From: Paraspadella gotoi
Lineage: Eukaryota; Animalia; Chaetognatha
DNA length: 64,000 nucleotides
Reading direction: 5' to 3'
Assembly: GCA_051294375.1 (NCBI GenBank)
Contig: JBJCIZ010000028.1
Location: 2,071,647 to 2,135,646 of the forward strand
Below are positions 26,407 through 40,570 of this stretch, piece after piece; the stretch's first letter is position 1, and each line of letters begins with the position of its first letter. Position numbers and translations under genes: made by a program. The notes below the pieces were generated by a model. The model made no database searches and was not told the origin of the DNA. It saw only the letters and a list, made by a program, of their open reading frames with translations.

Positions 26407-28622
26407 AATGACATAAGTTACACAAGTACGTAACATCTGCACATTATTCATATCGTATCGCATTATCTTATTACCCAAGTTACCCGTAATAGATGGATAA
26501 ATGGACAAAAGGACGGACAGACAGACCGACCGATCAAAAAGTAACTTATCTAATCGCTCCCCGAATCCAACCCAAAAATCCTGCAACCCCCGGGGGCCGC
26601 GCCTCGAGGGGCTGTTTAAGTTTCCCCCCCCCCCTTGTTCAGTTCCTCTCAAAGGAACAGTATTAAGGTGGCGGCCGAAGAAGGCCCCCAAAATCGGGAC
26701 AACCCCCCTCGACCCCTTTCCTCCTCTTCCGGCCACACCCTTCTCCAGTTTTTTGCCTCGAATCAGACGGGGTCGACCCAACCCTCTAGCGGCTCTCAAT
26801 CAAATCGCTTCTTTTTTTTAAAACTTTTTCGATTAAATTTTAATTTTTCTTTCTTTCTTTTTTTCTGATATTTTTTTTTTTTTTTAAACTTTTTTGACCT
26901 CGCGACATTTTTCCTTATTTCTTGAGGGGCATTTTACGGTATCGTTCGGGAAGTAGCTGGAGTAGCTTGACCGCTTGAGTTGGTTTTTTTAAATTGTTCG
27001 TTCTTTCTTTCAATTTTTGTATTGAACTAAATTCGTAGAGGTGGGTGTATGAATATAAAAGATTATTATTTCGTAATAATGTTTATTGCAAAGGTTTATT
27101 GTTAAAGTTGATTGTAATCAATTTGTTCTTTTCGTTTAAAAAAGTATAGAATTCGTTTTCTTTAAGAACAGCTAAACCGTGAATGCCCGAAAATGCAATT
27201 CAGTGTATATTAGAAAGCGCCCAGAAAAACAACAGCTTCCTCTGTTCCCCAAAGGAGGATCCTGGGTTCATTTTTATTAAAAACAAATTGGAAACAGGAC
27301 TTTTCCTTGTCCATTCGGTTGTAGGGCGGTTGAACTGTTAAAAGAAAATGGGGTCATAAAGTTTAAAGGATCATTGGGAATAAGGAACGGGAATTCTTAA
27401 GTGTCACGTCGCCTCTATTTTATCTTTTTAATAATTATATTTTCATATATATGTATAAGGAATAATTTAACTAATAAACAGGAATTTTAAAGTATTGCGT
27501 TACTTATATGTTGATATTGAGTAACTATATTTAAATATATATTATATTTAAATAATGTATTTAAATAAGTATACAATATTATTTTTTATCGAGTATATAA
27601 ACAGATCAATAGGTAGATTAATAAATAAACAAATCCCTATTAACAAAAAAATCATCTAGGGAAGTGAATTTTTAAATAAACAAACAAACACAAACAAATG
27701 TAAGAATTATTCAATATATGAATTAATAAATAAACGGATCAACGAACAGACAGACCGACCAAAAAGTGACCTAAATACAGCGTTTTCCCAACAAAAAAAG
27801 TTGACAAATGAGTTTGTGAACGAAAGTCGTTGAAGCCTTTGTTGCCCGAGGTCAAAAATGGTCAGCCTGCGAAAGGAGAGTGAGCATAGGGTAAGGGACG
27901 AGGTGAGGTCGTGCTTGAGGGGATGGGGGCGGATAGGGAAGGCGGCGGAGGGGGGGGAAGAAAGTCAAGAGTTGATGAGAAGCTGTGATTTATCGGTCGG
28001 AAAAAAGGTTATGAGTTCACAAAAGAGTCGAGAGTGAAAAGAGGGGAAAAAAAAGATGTTTTTTTTTTTTGCATCGCAAAGGAATCAGAGGTGAGAATGA
28101 AAAGTTGGGTTTGAATTTAAGGCTGAAGTGAATCACGATATGGTTAAAACTTAAAAGACATTAATTTTTATAATACCAATTAATGGACTCTTAAAGATAA
28201 ATGGGATAAAGTTTGATGGAATTTGAATAAATCAAGAATAATTAAATATTTATTTAGGGCAAAGCGTATCCTTTAAGGGCAAAGCTAGGGTAGTGGGGTT
28301 AGCATAACCGAGACTAAGAGAAAAGAATGTACGCCGAGTGAAAAGAGTTAATGAGGGCAAAGGGCTAAGGGCTAAGGGCTAAGGGCAAAGGGCTAAGGGC
28401 AAAGGGTGCGCTAGAGCTGAGGTTTAGTGTGAAGCGAAAAATATTTGACTTTTCTAAGAGGATTTATTTAATAATTCGCGAGACTTTGAATCTTAAGCCG
28501 AAATCATGGAGTTGGGAGGGAAGGGGGAGAGAGAGAGGGGGGGGAGAGAGAGAGGAAGGAAGAGAGAGGTAGGAGAGAGAGGGAGAGAGAGGTAGGGATA
28601 GAAGGAGAGAGAGAGAGAAGAA

Positions 28623-28661
<39 letters not shown>

Positions 28662-29081
28662 AGAGAGAGACAGAGAGAGGAGAGAAGAGAGAGAGGGAGC
28701 AGATAGACCAGAAACCAATCTTGTGGAGCAGAGAAAAGGGGGAAACGAGGAGAGAGTAGAGTACGCGAGAGAGAGATGAGATGACGAGAGACGAGAGCAC
28801 GAGAGAGCAGAGAGAGAGAGAGGCGAGACGAGACCGACGAAGAGAACCTCGGGTTAAGTGGGCAACGTCATCCGGAAAAGAGATCCGGCAAGATGTACTC
28901 GACGAATTGCCGAGAAGAGGATGAGAGGGAAAAGGACGCCGGAACTCGAGATCGGTAAGAGATCGATCGGTTAGATATCAAAGATTCCGGCGAGAGATCT
29001 TTCCGGAAATAGAGGGAATCTAGAGAAGCGAAAACTTATTAGGGTTCAAATTCATTCGTTGTTTTCGCTTCCATCTTTTTT

Positions 29082-29150
<69 letters not shown>

Positions 29151-29307
29151 AGAGAGAAGAGAGAGAGAGGAGAGAGAGAGAGAAAGAGAGGAGATAGAGA
29201 GAGGGAGAGAAGAGAGAGAGAGATAAGAGAAGAGAGGAGAGAGGAGAGAGAGAAAGAAGAGAGAAGAGAGGAGAGAGGAGAGGAGATAGGAGAGAGAGAG
29301 AGAGAGG

Positions 29308-29357
<50 letters not shown>

Positions 29358-30340
29358 ACCGGAGAGCCGATTGAGAAAAAGTAAGATAAATTGGAGAAAA
29401 GAAAAACAAAACTGGGCGAAAGTTGATTCTTAGTATACATTGGTATATATTGGTATATATATATATATATACATTGGGACTCTTAATACTTACTGTTCAT
29501 ACTTATGCTTACACCTACGCTCACAACTTGTACTATTAACTCGTACTCGTTACTTAATTAATACTTATTTCCTTACTATTATATATTCCTTTTCATTTAC
29601 GACTCGAATCTTGATTTTAAATCATGAACATGTTTCATTGCCCGAATGTTTCACTCGTTATAGTAATCCAATTTTACATCACTACTTTTAGACATTGATT
29701 GAAAGAAGTAAAAGCCCCGACATTTCAAAAGGCTCAACATCTCTTGCGCATGCGCGTTGCTGTTTAGAATTTTACTCCTTCACTGTTTATTTTCACGCGT
29801 TAGATTTCTCACGCTCACGTTTTGTTACGAGTGAGCCACGCGTTTTACTCACCATCCTTCTTTGGTCTTTCCATGAATATTTTTAACTCACCCTTGCCAC
29901 GCTTTGCCACGCCCTCAACTTGTCACGGTTTCTTGTGTCAGACCTTGATTTTATCGATCAGTGCTTTCTGCTGTCACGTCTTCTTTTTGTCTCTCTGTCA
30001 CGCTTTGCCACAACCACTCGTTAACACGCTTTAAAGTTCCTCATCTCAAGCCCTTTGTCACTCTCCTCTGTCACTTGTTGCCACTCCTATAAGAAAATTT
30101 AGCTTGATTGTGTCACGACTTGTTTCTGTTACTCTCCTCTGTCACTCTTTGTCACTCCTGTCACAAAATTGAGGTTGATTGTGTAACGCCTTGTTTATGT
30201 CACTCCCTTCTGTCACGCTCTGCCACGCCCATATTTTCTTTCTCTCTCGGTCGACGCCCCATGGAGTTTATTGCTCACAGATGGCGGAGTCGGTTCGCTT
30301 GAAGAGTTGACGCCTTTGCCGGGGTTAACAGACTGGAGAC

Positions 30341-30373
<33 letters not shown>

Positions 30374-30577
30374 NNNNNNNNNNNNNNNNNNNNNNNNNNN
30401 NNNNNNNNNNNNNNNNNNNNNNNNNNNNNNNNNNNNNNNNNNNNNNNNNNNNNNNNNNNNNNNNNNNNNNNNNNNNNNNNNNNNNNNNNNNNNNNNNNNN
30501 NNNNNNNNNNNNNNNNNNNNNNNNNNNNNNNNNNNNNNNNNNNNNNNNNNNNNNNNNNNNNNNNNNNNNNNNNNNNN

Positions 30578-30611
<34 letters not shown>

Positions 30612-30890
30612 AAGGGATAGAAACTGTTCTCACTTTTTCCTCCCAATTTTCTCTCCCTCGATGATATTCGCTTTTCTCTCTCTCCTTTCTTCCCCCGCGA
30701 ATTCCGCCTCAGTTCAGCTTATATTTTCTTTATGCTCATTTGCATATTGCGGTACTCAACTGATCTGAAAGACATTATTTATTCTATCTCATTCAAGACC
30801 GAATTATTGAGTATGAGCTCACAATCTTTAAACAAGTATACAATACTTCACTTGCAGAAGTTTATAGAGAACTAAAGAGCGAGACAAGGA

Positions 30891-30973
<83 letters not shown>

Positions 30974-31731
30974 CAATCAAGCAAGCAAACAAGCAAGCTA
31001 AACAGCCCCATCAACCAAACCCAAAGGGAATACACTAAAGCAATAAAAGCGACCGTTAGTCGAAAGCTAATCCATTAATTAATGATTATCAGGGGGGAGG
31101 CAAGGCTTCACGATTGTCGGGCATTTAGAGAGAAAAGGAGAACGGGTTGGAAGAGAGAAAAAAAAAAGGGTTTAAGTAGGAAAGAAACGATGAAAAAGAG
31201 AATCCAGGTGAGTTGATGCTAAAAATGACTCGACGATTCACTGCTTTCATATCATCACGAATTTACTCGACGCTCCCTTCGATTATTCTATTTTAGAAAC
31301 GCGTGTCTCTCTATCTCTTTTCTAGCGAAAGCGTCTAACAGATGAATGAAGACGACGAGAAGACGAACGACGAAGAGAAACGAGACTAAGAGAGACGACG
31401 AAGATGACGACGACGACGAAGACTAAATGAGATCCCGTCAACAGACCATTTCTTTTGTAATAAAAGAACAATAAATTCCACCATTTTCATTAATACCTAG
31501 TTAAAAAAAAAAAAAACCGCCACTAACGGAGGAACTTGAGTTTAATCGGAAAAAAATTGTCATCGACAGTGAATGAATATAATAAAATAAAATTTAATTG
31601 GAAAATAAATTTACGGGAAATTTTTCTCGAGGTTCCCGACTCGTAAACAATTTTGAATGAGAATTTGTTTTTTATTTTTTTTTTATTTATTTATTTATTT
31701 ATTTATTATTTATTTATTTATTTATTTATTT

Positions 31732-31767
<36 letters not shown>

Positions 31768-32304
31768 TATTTATTTAATTTATTTATTTATTTCTTCTCT
31801 TTCACTCTTTCTTTCCCTTTTACTCTTTTCTCTTTTTCTTTCTCTCTTTCTCTTCTTTCTTGTCTTTCTTTCTTTTCTTTTCTTTCTTTCTTTTACTTTC
31901 TTCTTTCTTTCTTCCTTCGATTCTCATTTGTCTTTGTTTTCTAAATAATTATTTAACTAATTATTTTCTATTGTTATTTTTAAAGAAAAAATATAAAAAT
32001 GCGACTTGTGTTCCATTGTTTCCCCAAAGAACATTTTCCTTTGTCAGTGTTTTAATCAGTTTTTTCCTTTATCTTTTTTTCATTCTGTCCTTTGTCGCGG
32101 TCTATCGTCACATCTCAGCTCTCGTCCGTACATCCATCGCAGATCCCTCAGTCGCGTCCAATCCGTCCGTCGTCTAGTCACTTTCTTTTCACCGTCTTCG
32201 GATGAAACGAGAGCCCTCGAGACGCCGGTCGCCTTGGCAGCGCGTCTCTTACGGCGGTGAGAAAATTTTTCTTCGTCGTAGAATAACGTGATTTTAACTG
32301 GGCG

Positions 32305-33450
32305 TCGTTCGTCGTCGTCGTCGGTCGTCCGGTTCGTCGTCAATCGTCTCCATCGTCGTCTTCATCGTCCAATCGTTCGTCGTCATCATCCTTCGTCTTC
32401 TTTCTTTTCTCTTCATCATCGTCGTCCATCATCGTTTGTTTGTCGTCGTCGTCATCATCGTCGTCGTCGTCTTTCTTCTTCAATGTCGTCTTCATCATCG
32501 TCGTGTCGTCGTCGTCATCAATCTTCGTCTTCTTTCTTCATTCATCGTCGTCATCATCGTTTGGTCGTCGTCGTCGTCGTCGTCTTTCTTCAAGTGTCGT
32601 CTTCATCATCGTCGTCGTCGTCTCGTATCATCTTCGTCTTCTTTCTTCATCTCGTCGTCATCATCGTTGTTGACGTCGTCGTCATCATCGTCCGTCGTCG
32701 TCTTTTTCAATGTCGTCTTCATCATGCGTCGTCGTCGTCCCGTCGTCATCATCTCGTCTTCTTATCTTCATCATCGTCGTCATCAATCGTTGTCGTCGTC
32801 GTCGTCGTCGTCTTTCTTCAATGTCGTCCTTCATCATGTCGTCGTCGTCAGTCGTCATCCATCTTCGTGCTTCTTTCTTCATCATCGTCCGTCATCATCG
32901 TTGTTGTCGGTCGTCGTCATCCAATCGTCGTCGTCGTCTTTCTTCAATGTCGTCTTTCATCATCGTCGTCGTCGTCGTCGTCATCACTCCTTCGTCTTCT
33001 TTTCTTCATCATTCGTCGTCATCATCGTTGTCGTCGTCGTCGTCCGTCGTCTTTCTTCAATGTCGTCTTCATCAAATCGTCGTCGTCGTCGTCGTCATCA
33101 ATCTTCGTCCTCTTTCTTCATCATCGTCGTCATCATAGTTTGTCGTCGTCGTCGTCGTCGTCTTTCTTCATGTCCGTCTTCATCATCGTCGTCGTCGTCG
33201 TCGTCATCATCTTTCGTCTTCTTTCTTTCATCATCGTCGTCATCATCGTTGTTGTCTTCGTCGGTCGTCGTTCTTTCTTCTAATGTCGTCTTCATACATC
33301 GTCGTCTTCATCATCGTAATCGGTCGTCGTTGGTCGTCTTTTCATCAATCGTAAATCCGTCGTCGTTGTCGTCAATCTTCATCGAATTCGTCGTCGATGT
33401 CGTCATATTCGTCGTCTTTCTTCATCGCTGCCGTCGTCGTCGTCCGCCTC
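32305..33450. repeat. (TCG/TCA)n compound satellite with higher-order unit
   Basis: Repeated TTTCTTCAATGTCGTCTTCATCATCGTCG...; also at 36346-36600 and inverted at 37550-38650. Confidence 0.9.
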
Positions 33451-33594
33451 CTCCCCTCCTCCTCCTTCCGCCATCTTCCGTCAACTCGCGCAAAAGAGTA
33501 AAGAAGTTGATTAAAAATGTTTTTGTGAACTTTTCCAACGTCGGAGGGAATTGAAGACGACGCAAGACTGGATTGGGCCAAAGAAGTGGGACGT

Positions 33595-34090
33595 TGCTGC
33601 TTGGCTGGAGTGGCTGTGGATTGGCTGGAGAGGCGTAGTGATTGGCTAGAGTGGCCTTTTGTGATTGGCTGGAGTGGCTTGTGATTGACTGAGTGGCCTT
33701 GTGATTGGACTGGAGTGGCTAGTGATTGGCTGGAGTGGCTATGTGATTGGCTGGAGTGCGTGTGATGACGGAGTGGCGCTGTGGTGATTGACTGAGTGGC
33801 TTGTGATTGACTGGAGTGCGCGTAGTTGATTGGCTTGGAGTGGGCTTGTGATTGGCTGGAGGTGGCTTGTGGATTGGCGTCGGAACCGCGGGTTGAATTG
33901 GGCTGGAGAGGCCTAGTGATTGGCTGGAGTGGTTGTGATTGGCCGGAGAGGCTAGCTAATTGGCTGAGAGGCTAGTGATTGCCTGGAGTGGCCCTTGTTG
34001 ATTGGCTGGAGAGGATAGTGATTGGCTGGAGAGGTTATGATTGGTGGAGAGGCTTGTGATTGGGCCTCGGAACCGCGGGTGATTGGCTGA
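33595..34090. repeat. 20-bp minisatellite GTGATTGGCTGGAGTGGCTT (CCAAT box in most units)
   Basis: Direct reading; inverted copy at 36790-37405. Confidence 0.9.
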
Positions 34091-34599
34091 AAAGAAGGGC
34101 AGATCTGGCTGAGCTTTGAAGGTTAAATGTCCTTCCGGAGGCGTAAAATGGGTCAGGCAAGTAAATAAGTGATGAGAGGGTGATCCCGTTTGAAGATGAA
34201 AAAGGGAAACCTCGATGAGAGGCGCCATGGCTTCCCTGGTAATATCTTCGAAATCAAGCTTGGTCAGATTGAATATGCTTTGCCTTATCTTGCTTGCTTA
34301 TCTCGTCTCTCGTTCCATTCTCGATGACGGTCCGTGCACGTGACGCGCGAGGGTCCGAAAAATTCACGGAATTTTCTTTTTTGTTTAAATTTCGCGAAGA
34401 CGAAGGTCGAGGTGAGTCACCGAAGCGTGAAATGACACGAATCACGTCGAAAGAGGTTCATTGCGTTGGAGCTGGGACTTGGATTTTGTCGGCAGAAATT
34501 TAGTGTTTCTCGTTTGATTGGTTAACTTAGGCTCGTCAAAGATGTGCATTGGTCGCAAAGGTGGATTAGTTTTAGCAGAGGTGTCATTGTTTATGAGAT

Positions 34600-35470
34600 T
34601 GACCGACAGAATGAAAAAAATGGTAAAATGTAATCACTTTATGCTATTTGCATATTGCAGTATATAGTTTCTAAAAAACAATTATATTTCATTTTTCAAA
34701 AAGTATTTTTGTTAAAAAATTTAAAAATCTCCGAAAACGAAGATTTAACCATTTGGTCAATTGTAATAAATCTAAAATCGAAAAGTATCCTGTCTCATTA
34801 TTTCGTTCTGTTGAACGAACAGTTTCTTTAAAAGTTCAAAAGTTGAAAGGATTTTATTTAAACAAATCTTATCATCGCTTCTCTGATTACGTTCAAACAA
34901 ACAGATCCAAAGCTTGGGAACGATTTCGTTACGTTAATGTATTGAATCGTAATATATAATTGCATACCGGTGCTTATTACTAGTAATATCAAATTACTGA
35001 ATCAGATATATTGTTTGAGAAAGTAAAAAACAACTTTCCTCCATTTGCATATTGCAAGTAGCATAGTTCTCTACCAATTTTATTAACCTTTTCAAAAGTA
35101 TGTTCGTCAAGGAAAATCTTACAAAACTTCTAAAACGGAATTCAACCATTTGGTAAACTGTATAAATCTAAAAGATTAACAAATTATCCTAATTCCATCT
35201 AACTTACGCTTCTAGGTGAGGAAAAAATGCTATAAAAGCTTCAAAAGTTGAAAACATTTTATTTGTACAACTGATCCAATATTTTCTTACTACACGTATA
35301 ACAAAAGAATCAAATATACATTTTGAAAAGGGTTCGTACAACTAACTGTATCGAATCCTGTACTATAAGGTGTGCTCGTCAGAATGATGAAAGTCCTTAT
35401 TGAAATTAAATCGTGGTTAAAATCCGTTTATTGTTTTAGTGATTGAAATTGATTGGTTTGCAAGGTTCAT
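34600..35470. repeat. complex repeat of roughly 380-bp units beginning CATTTGCATATTGCAG
   Basis: Units share AAAAGTAT, AACCATTTGGT, TAAATCTAAAA and TTCAAAAGTTGAAA blocks; duplicated at 39280-40130. Confidence 0.7.
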
Positions 35471-35590
35471 ACNNNNNNNNNNNNNNNNNNNNNNNNNAAA
35501 TTTAATTGGAAAATAAATTTAACGGGAAATTTCTTTCGAGGCTCCCGACTCGTAAACAATTTTTGAATGAGATTTGTTTTTATTTTTTTT

Positions 35591-35681
<91 letters not shown>

Positions 35682-35766
35682 TTTCTCTCTTTCACTCTTT
35701 CTTTCTTTTACTCTTTCTTTTCTTTATTTCTCTCTTTCTTTTCTTTCTCTCTTTCTCTTCTTTCTC

Positions 35767-35824
<58 letters not shown>

Positions 35825-36789
35825 TTCCATTCTCATTGTCTTTTGTATTTCTAAATAATTATTTAACAATTATTTCTATTGTTATTTTTAAAGAAAAAAT
35901 ATAAAAATGCCGACTTGTGTTCCATTGTCAGTTTTAATCAGTTTTCTTTATCTTTTTTTCATTCTGTCCCTTTGTCCGGTCAATCGGTCACGCCTCACTC
36001 TCAGTCCGTACATCCATCGCATCCCTCCAGTCCGTCCAATCCGTCCGTCCGTCTAGTCACTTTCTTTCACTCTTCGATGAACCGAGAAGCCTCGAGACGC
36101 CGGTCGCCTTGGCNNNNNNNNNNNNNNNNNNNNNNNNNNNNNNNNNNNNNNNNNNNNNNNNNNNNNNNNNNNNNNNNNNNNNNNNNNNNNNNNNNNNNNN
36201 NNNNNNNNNNNNNNNNNNNNNNNNNNNNNNNNNNNNNNNNNNNNNNNNNNNNNNNNNNNNNNNNNNNNNNNNNNNNNNNNNNNNNNNNNNNNNNNNNNNN
36301 NNNNNNNNNNNNNNNNNNNNNNNNNNNNNNNNNNNNNNNNNNNNNTCGTCGTCGTCGTCGTCGTCTTTCTTCAATGTCGTCTTCATCATCGTCGTCGTCG
36401 TCGTCGTCATCATCTTCGTCTTCTTTCTTCATCATCGTCGTCATCATCGTTGTCGTCGTCGTCGTCGTCGTCTTTCTTTAATGTCGTCTTCATCATCGTC
36501 GTCTTCATCATCGTAATCGTCGTCGTTGTCGTCATCTTCATCGAATTCGTCGTCGATGTCGTCATATTCGTCGTCTTTCTTCATCGTCGTCGTCGTCGTC
36601 CTCCTCCTCCTCCTCCTCCTCCTCCTCCTTCCGCCATCTTCCGTCAAACTCGCGCAAAAGAGAAAGAAGTGATTAATGTTTTTGACTTTTCCAACGTCGG
36701 AGGGAATTGAAGACGACCAAGACTGATGGGGCCCAAAGAAGTGGGACGTTGCTTGGCTGGAGTNNNNNNNNNNNNNNNNNNNNNNNNNA

Positions 36790-37405
36790 CTAACCTCTCC
36801 AAGCCAATCACTAGCTATCCAGCCAATCACAGCACTCCACCATATCATAGCCCTCCAGCCAATCATAGCCACTCCAGTCAATCACAAGCCACTCCAGTAT
36901 CAATCACTAGCCACTCCAGCCAATCACAAGCCACTCCAGTCAATCACAAGCCACTCCAGCCAATCACTCAGCCACTTCCAGTCAATCACAGCCACTCCAG
37001 CCAATCACAAGCCACTCCAGCCAATCACACCACTCCAGCCAATCACTAGCCACTCCAGTCAATCACAAGCCACTCCAGTCAATCACAAGCCACTCCAGCC
37101 AATCACAACCACTCCTAAGCCAATCACTAGCCTCTCCAGCCCAATTCACAAGCCACTCCAGCCAATCAGCCTCCAGCCCAACTGCCTCCGGCCAATACTA
37201 CGACTCCAGCCAATCACATAGCCTCTCCGCCAATCACCCGCGGTTCCGAGCAATCAACAAGCCCTCCAGCCAATACTAGCTCTCCCCACTTCCTAGGCCT
37301 CAGCCAATCACAGCCACTCCAGTCAATCACAAGCCACTCCAGTCAATCACAAGCCACTCTAGCCATACTAGCCTCTCCAGCCAATCACAGCACTCCAGCC
37401 AATAG
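36790..37405. repeat. 20-bp minisatellite AGCCAATCACAAGCCACTCC (inverted copy)
   Basis: Reverse complement of 33595-34090. Confidence 0.9.
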
Positions 37406-37549
37406 CATCCCCAGCAACGTCCCACTTCTTTGGGCCCATCAGTCTGGTCGTCTTCAATTCCCTCCGACGTTGGAAAAGTCAAAAACATTAATCACACTTC
37501 TTTCTCTTTTGCGCGAGTTTGACGGAAGATGGCGGAAAGGAGGAGGAGG

Positions 37550-38650
37550 AGAGGAGGAGGAGGACGACGACGACGACGACGATGAAGAAAGACGACGAAT
37601 ATGACGAATCGACGACGAATTCGATGAAGATGACGACAACGACGACGATTACGATGATGAAGACGACGATTGATTGAAGACGACATTAAAGAAAGAACGA
37701 CGACGACGACGACAACAACGATGATGACGACGATGATGAAGAAAAGAAGACGAAGATGATGACGACGAACGACGAACGACGATGATGAAGACGACATTGA
37801 AGAAAGACGACGACGACCGACGACGACAACGATGATGACACGATGATGAAGAAAGAGAGACGAAGATGATGACGACGACGACTGATGAAGACGACATTGA
37901 AGAAAGAAGACGACGACGCGACGACGACAACGATGAATGACGACGATGATGAAGAAAGAAGACGAAGATGATGACGACGACGACGAACGACGATGATGAA
38001 GACGACATTGAAGAAAGACGACGACGAACGACGACGACAACGATGATGACGACGATGATGAAGAAAGAAGACGAAGATGATGACGACTGACGACGACGAC
38101 GACGGATGAATGAAGACGACATTGAAGAAAGAGACGACGACGACGACGACAACGATGATGACGCACGATGATGAAGAAAGAAGACGAAGATGATGACGAC
38201 GACGATTGATGAAGACGACATTGAAGAAAGACGACGGACGACGAACGACAACGATGATAACGACGATGATGAAGAAAGAAGACGAAGATGATGACGACAC
38301 GACGATGATGAGAGACGACACTTGAAGAAAGACGACGACGACGACGACACACGATGATAACGACGATGATGAAGAAAGAAGACGAAGATGATGAGACGAC
38401 ACACGAAGGATGACGATGAAGACGACATTGAAGAAAGAAGACGACGACGATGATGACGACGACGACCAACAACGATGATGACGACGATGATGAGAAGAAG
38501 AAGAAGAATGCGAGACGATGATGAGACGACAACGATGATAACGACGATGATGAAGAAAGAAGACGAAGATGATGACGACGAAGATGCGATGAAGACGACG
38601 ATGGAGACGATGACGACGACGGACGACGCGACGACGACGACGACGACGCG
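37550..38650. repeat. (GAC/GAT)n compound satellite, inverted copy
   Basis: Reverse complement of 32305-33450 including unique flanks. Confidence 0.9.
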
Positions 38651-39279
38651 CCCAGTTAAAAATCACGTTCTTCTACGACGAAGAAAAATTTTCTCACCGC
38701 CGTAAGAGACGCGCTTGCCAAGCGCGACCGGCGTCTCGAGGGCGCTTAGTGATTGGCTGGAGAGGCTTGTGATTGGCTCGGAACCGCGGGTGATTGGCTG
38801 AAAAGAAGGGCATCTGGCTGAGTGAAGGTTAAATGTCCTTCGGGAGGCGTAAAATAGGGTCAGGCAAGTAAATAAGGATGAGAGGGTGATCCCGTTTGAG
38901 ATGAAAAAAGGGAAACCTCGTGAAGAGGACCATGCTTCCTGGTAATATCTCGAAATAAGCTTGGTCAGATTGAATATGCTTGCTTATCTTGCTTGCTTAT
39001 CTCGTCTCTCGTCATTCTCGATGACGTCGTCACGTGACGCGCGAGGTCGAAAATTCACGGAATTTTCTTTTTGTTTAAATTTCGCGAGACGAAGGTCGAG
39101 GTGAGTCACCGAAGCGTGAAATGATCACGAATCACGTGAAAGAGGTTCATCGTTTTGGAGCTGGACTTGATTTTGTCGGCAGAAATTTAGTGGTTTCTCG
39201 TTTTGATTGGTTAACTTAGGTCGTCAAAGATGTGATTGTCGCAAAGGTGGATTAGTTAGCAGAGGTTCATTGTTTATGA

Positions 39280-40570
39280 AGATTGACCGACAGAATGAAA
39301 AAAAATGTAAAATGTAAATCACTTTATGCTCATTTGCATATTGCAGTATATAGTTCTACAAATTATATTTCATTTTTCAAAAGTATTTTTGTTAAAAAAT
39401 TTAAAAAATCTCCCGAAAACGAATTTAACCATTTGGTCAAATTGTATAAATCTAAAATCGAAAAGTATCCTGTCTCATTATTTTCGTTCTGTTGACGAAC
39501 AGTTCTTTAAAAAGCTTCAAAAGTTGAAAGGATTTTATTTATACAAATCTTATAATCGCTTCTCTGATTACGTTCAAACAAAAGATCAAAGCTTTGGAAC
39601 GATTCGTACGTTAATGTATTGAATCGTATATATAATTGCATACGGTTTATTATAGTAATATCAATTACTGATCAGATAATATTGTTTGAAAAAGTAAAAA
39701 CACTTTATCCTCATTTGCATATTGCAGTACATAGTTCTACCAATTTTATTAACCTTTTCAAAAGTATGTTCGTCAAGAAAATTTAAAAAACTTTCCTAAA
39801 ACGAATTCAACCATTTGGTAAACTGTATAAATCTAAAATAAAAAATTATCCTCATTCATTACTTACGTTCTAGTGAGGAAAAATGCTATAAAAGCTTCAA
39901 AAGTTGAAAACATTTTATTTGTACAAATCTGATCCAATATTTCTTACCTAGCAACGTATAAACAAAAGATCAAATATACATTTTGAAAGATTCGTACACT
40001 AACTGTATCGAATCCTGTAACTATTAAAGGTGTTGCTCGTCAGAATGATGAAAGTCCTTAAGTGAAATTAAATCGTGTTAAAATCGTTTATTGTTTTAGT
40101 GATGAAATTGATTGGTTTGCAGAGGTTCATCTGTCACGGATATAGCCCAACAAAAAATTATGAAAAAGTAAAAACGCTTAGCTCTTATTTGCATATTGGA
40201 GTACATAGTTCTACCAATTTTATTACCCTTTTAAAAAGTGTGTTTGTCAAATAAATAAAAAAAACTGTTCTAAAACCATTTGGTCAAACTCGTATTGTAA
40301 GGAATCTTGTATAGAGAGTCCCGAAGTAAAATTACATCATTTACACTCATTTGCATATTGCAGTAGCTATTTTTACGAATTGTATTACCCTCTTCCTAAT
40401 TTTTTTTTGTCAAAAAAATAGAAAAGTCCCATTAAAACGAGTTCAACCATTTAGTCAAATTGTTAAAATCTAGAAGCAAAAAGTATCCTGAAAAGTTACT
40501 TTCGTTCAATTGACGAAAAATACGAAAAAATTTTAAAAGTTGAAAGGGTTACATTTTAACAAATCTCATC
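39280..40570. repeat. octamer-motif complex repeat, four diverged units
   Basis: ATTTGCATATTG at about 39332, 39713, 40187 and 40349, each followed by related sequence. Confidence 0.7.

Noticed and set aside
26320-26868. Overlapping GC-rich ORFs of 77-159 aa
   Set aside because: No recognisable motifs, overlap with repeat family A, and noisy surrounding sequence.
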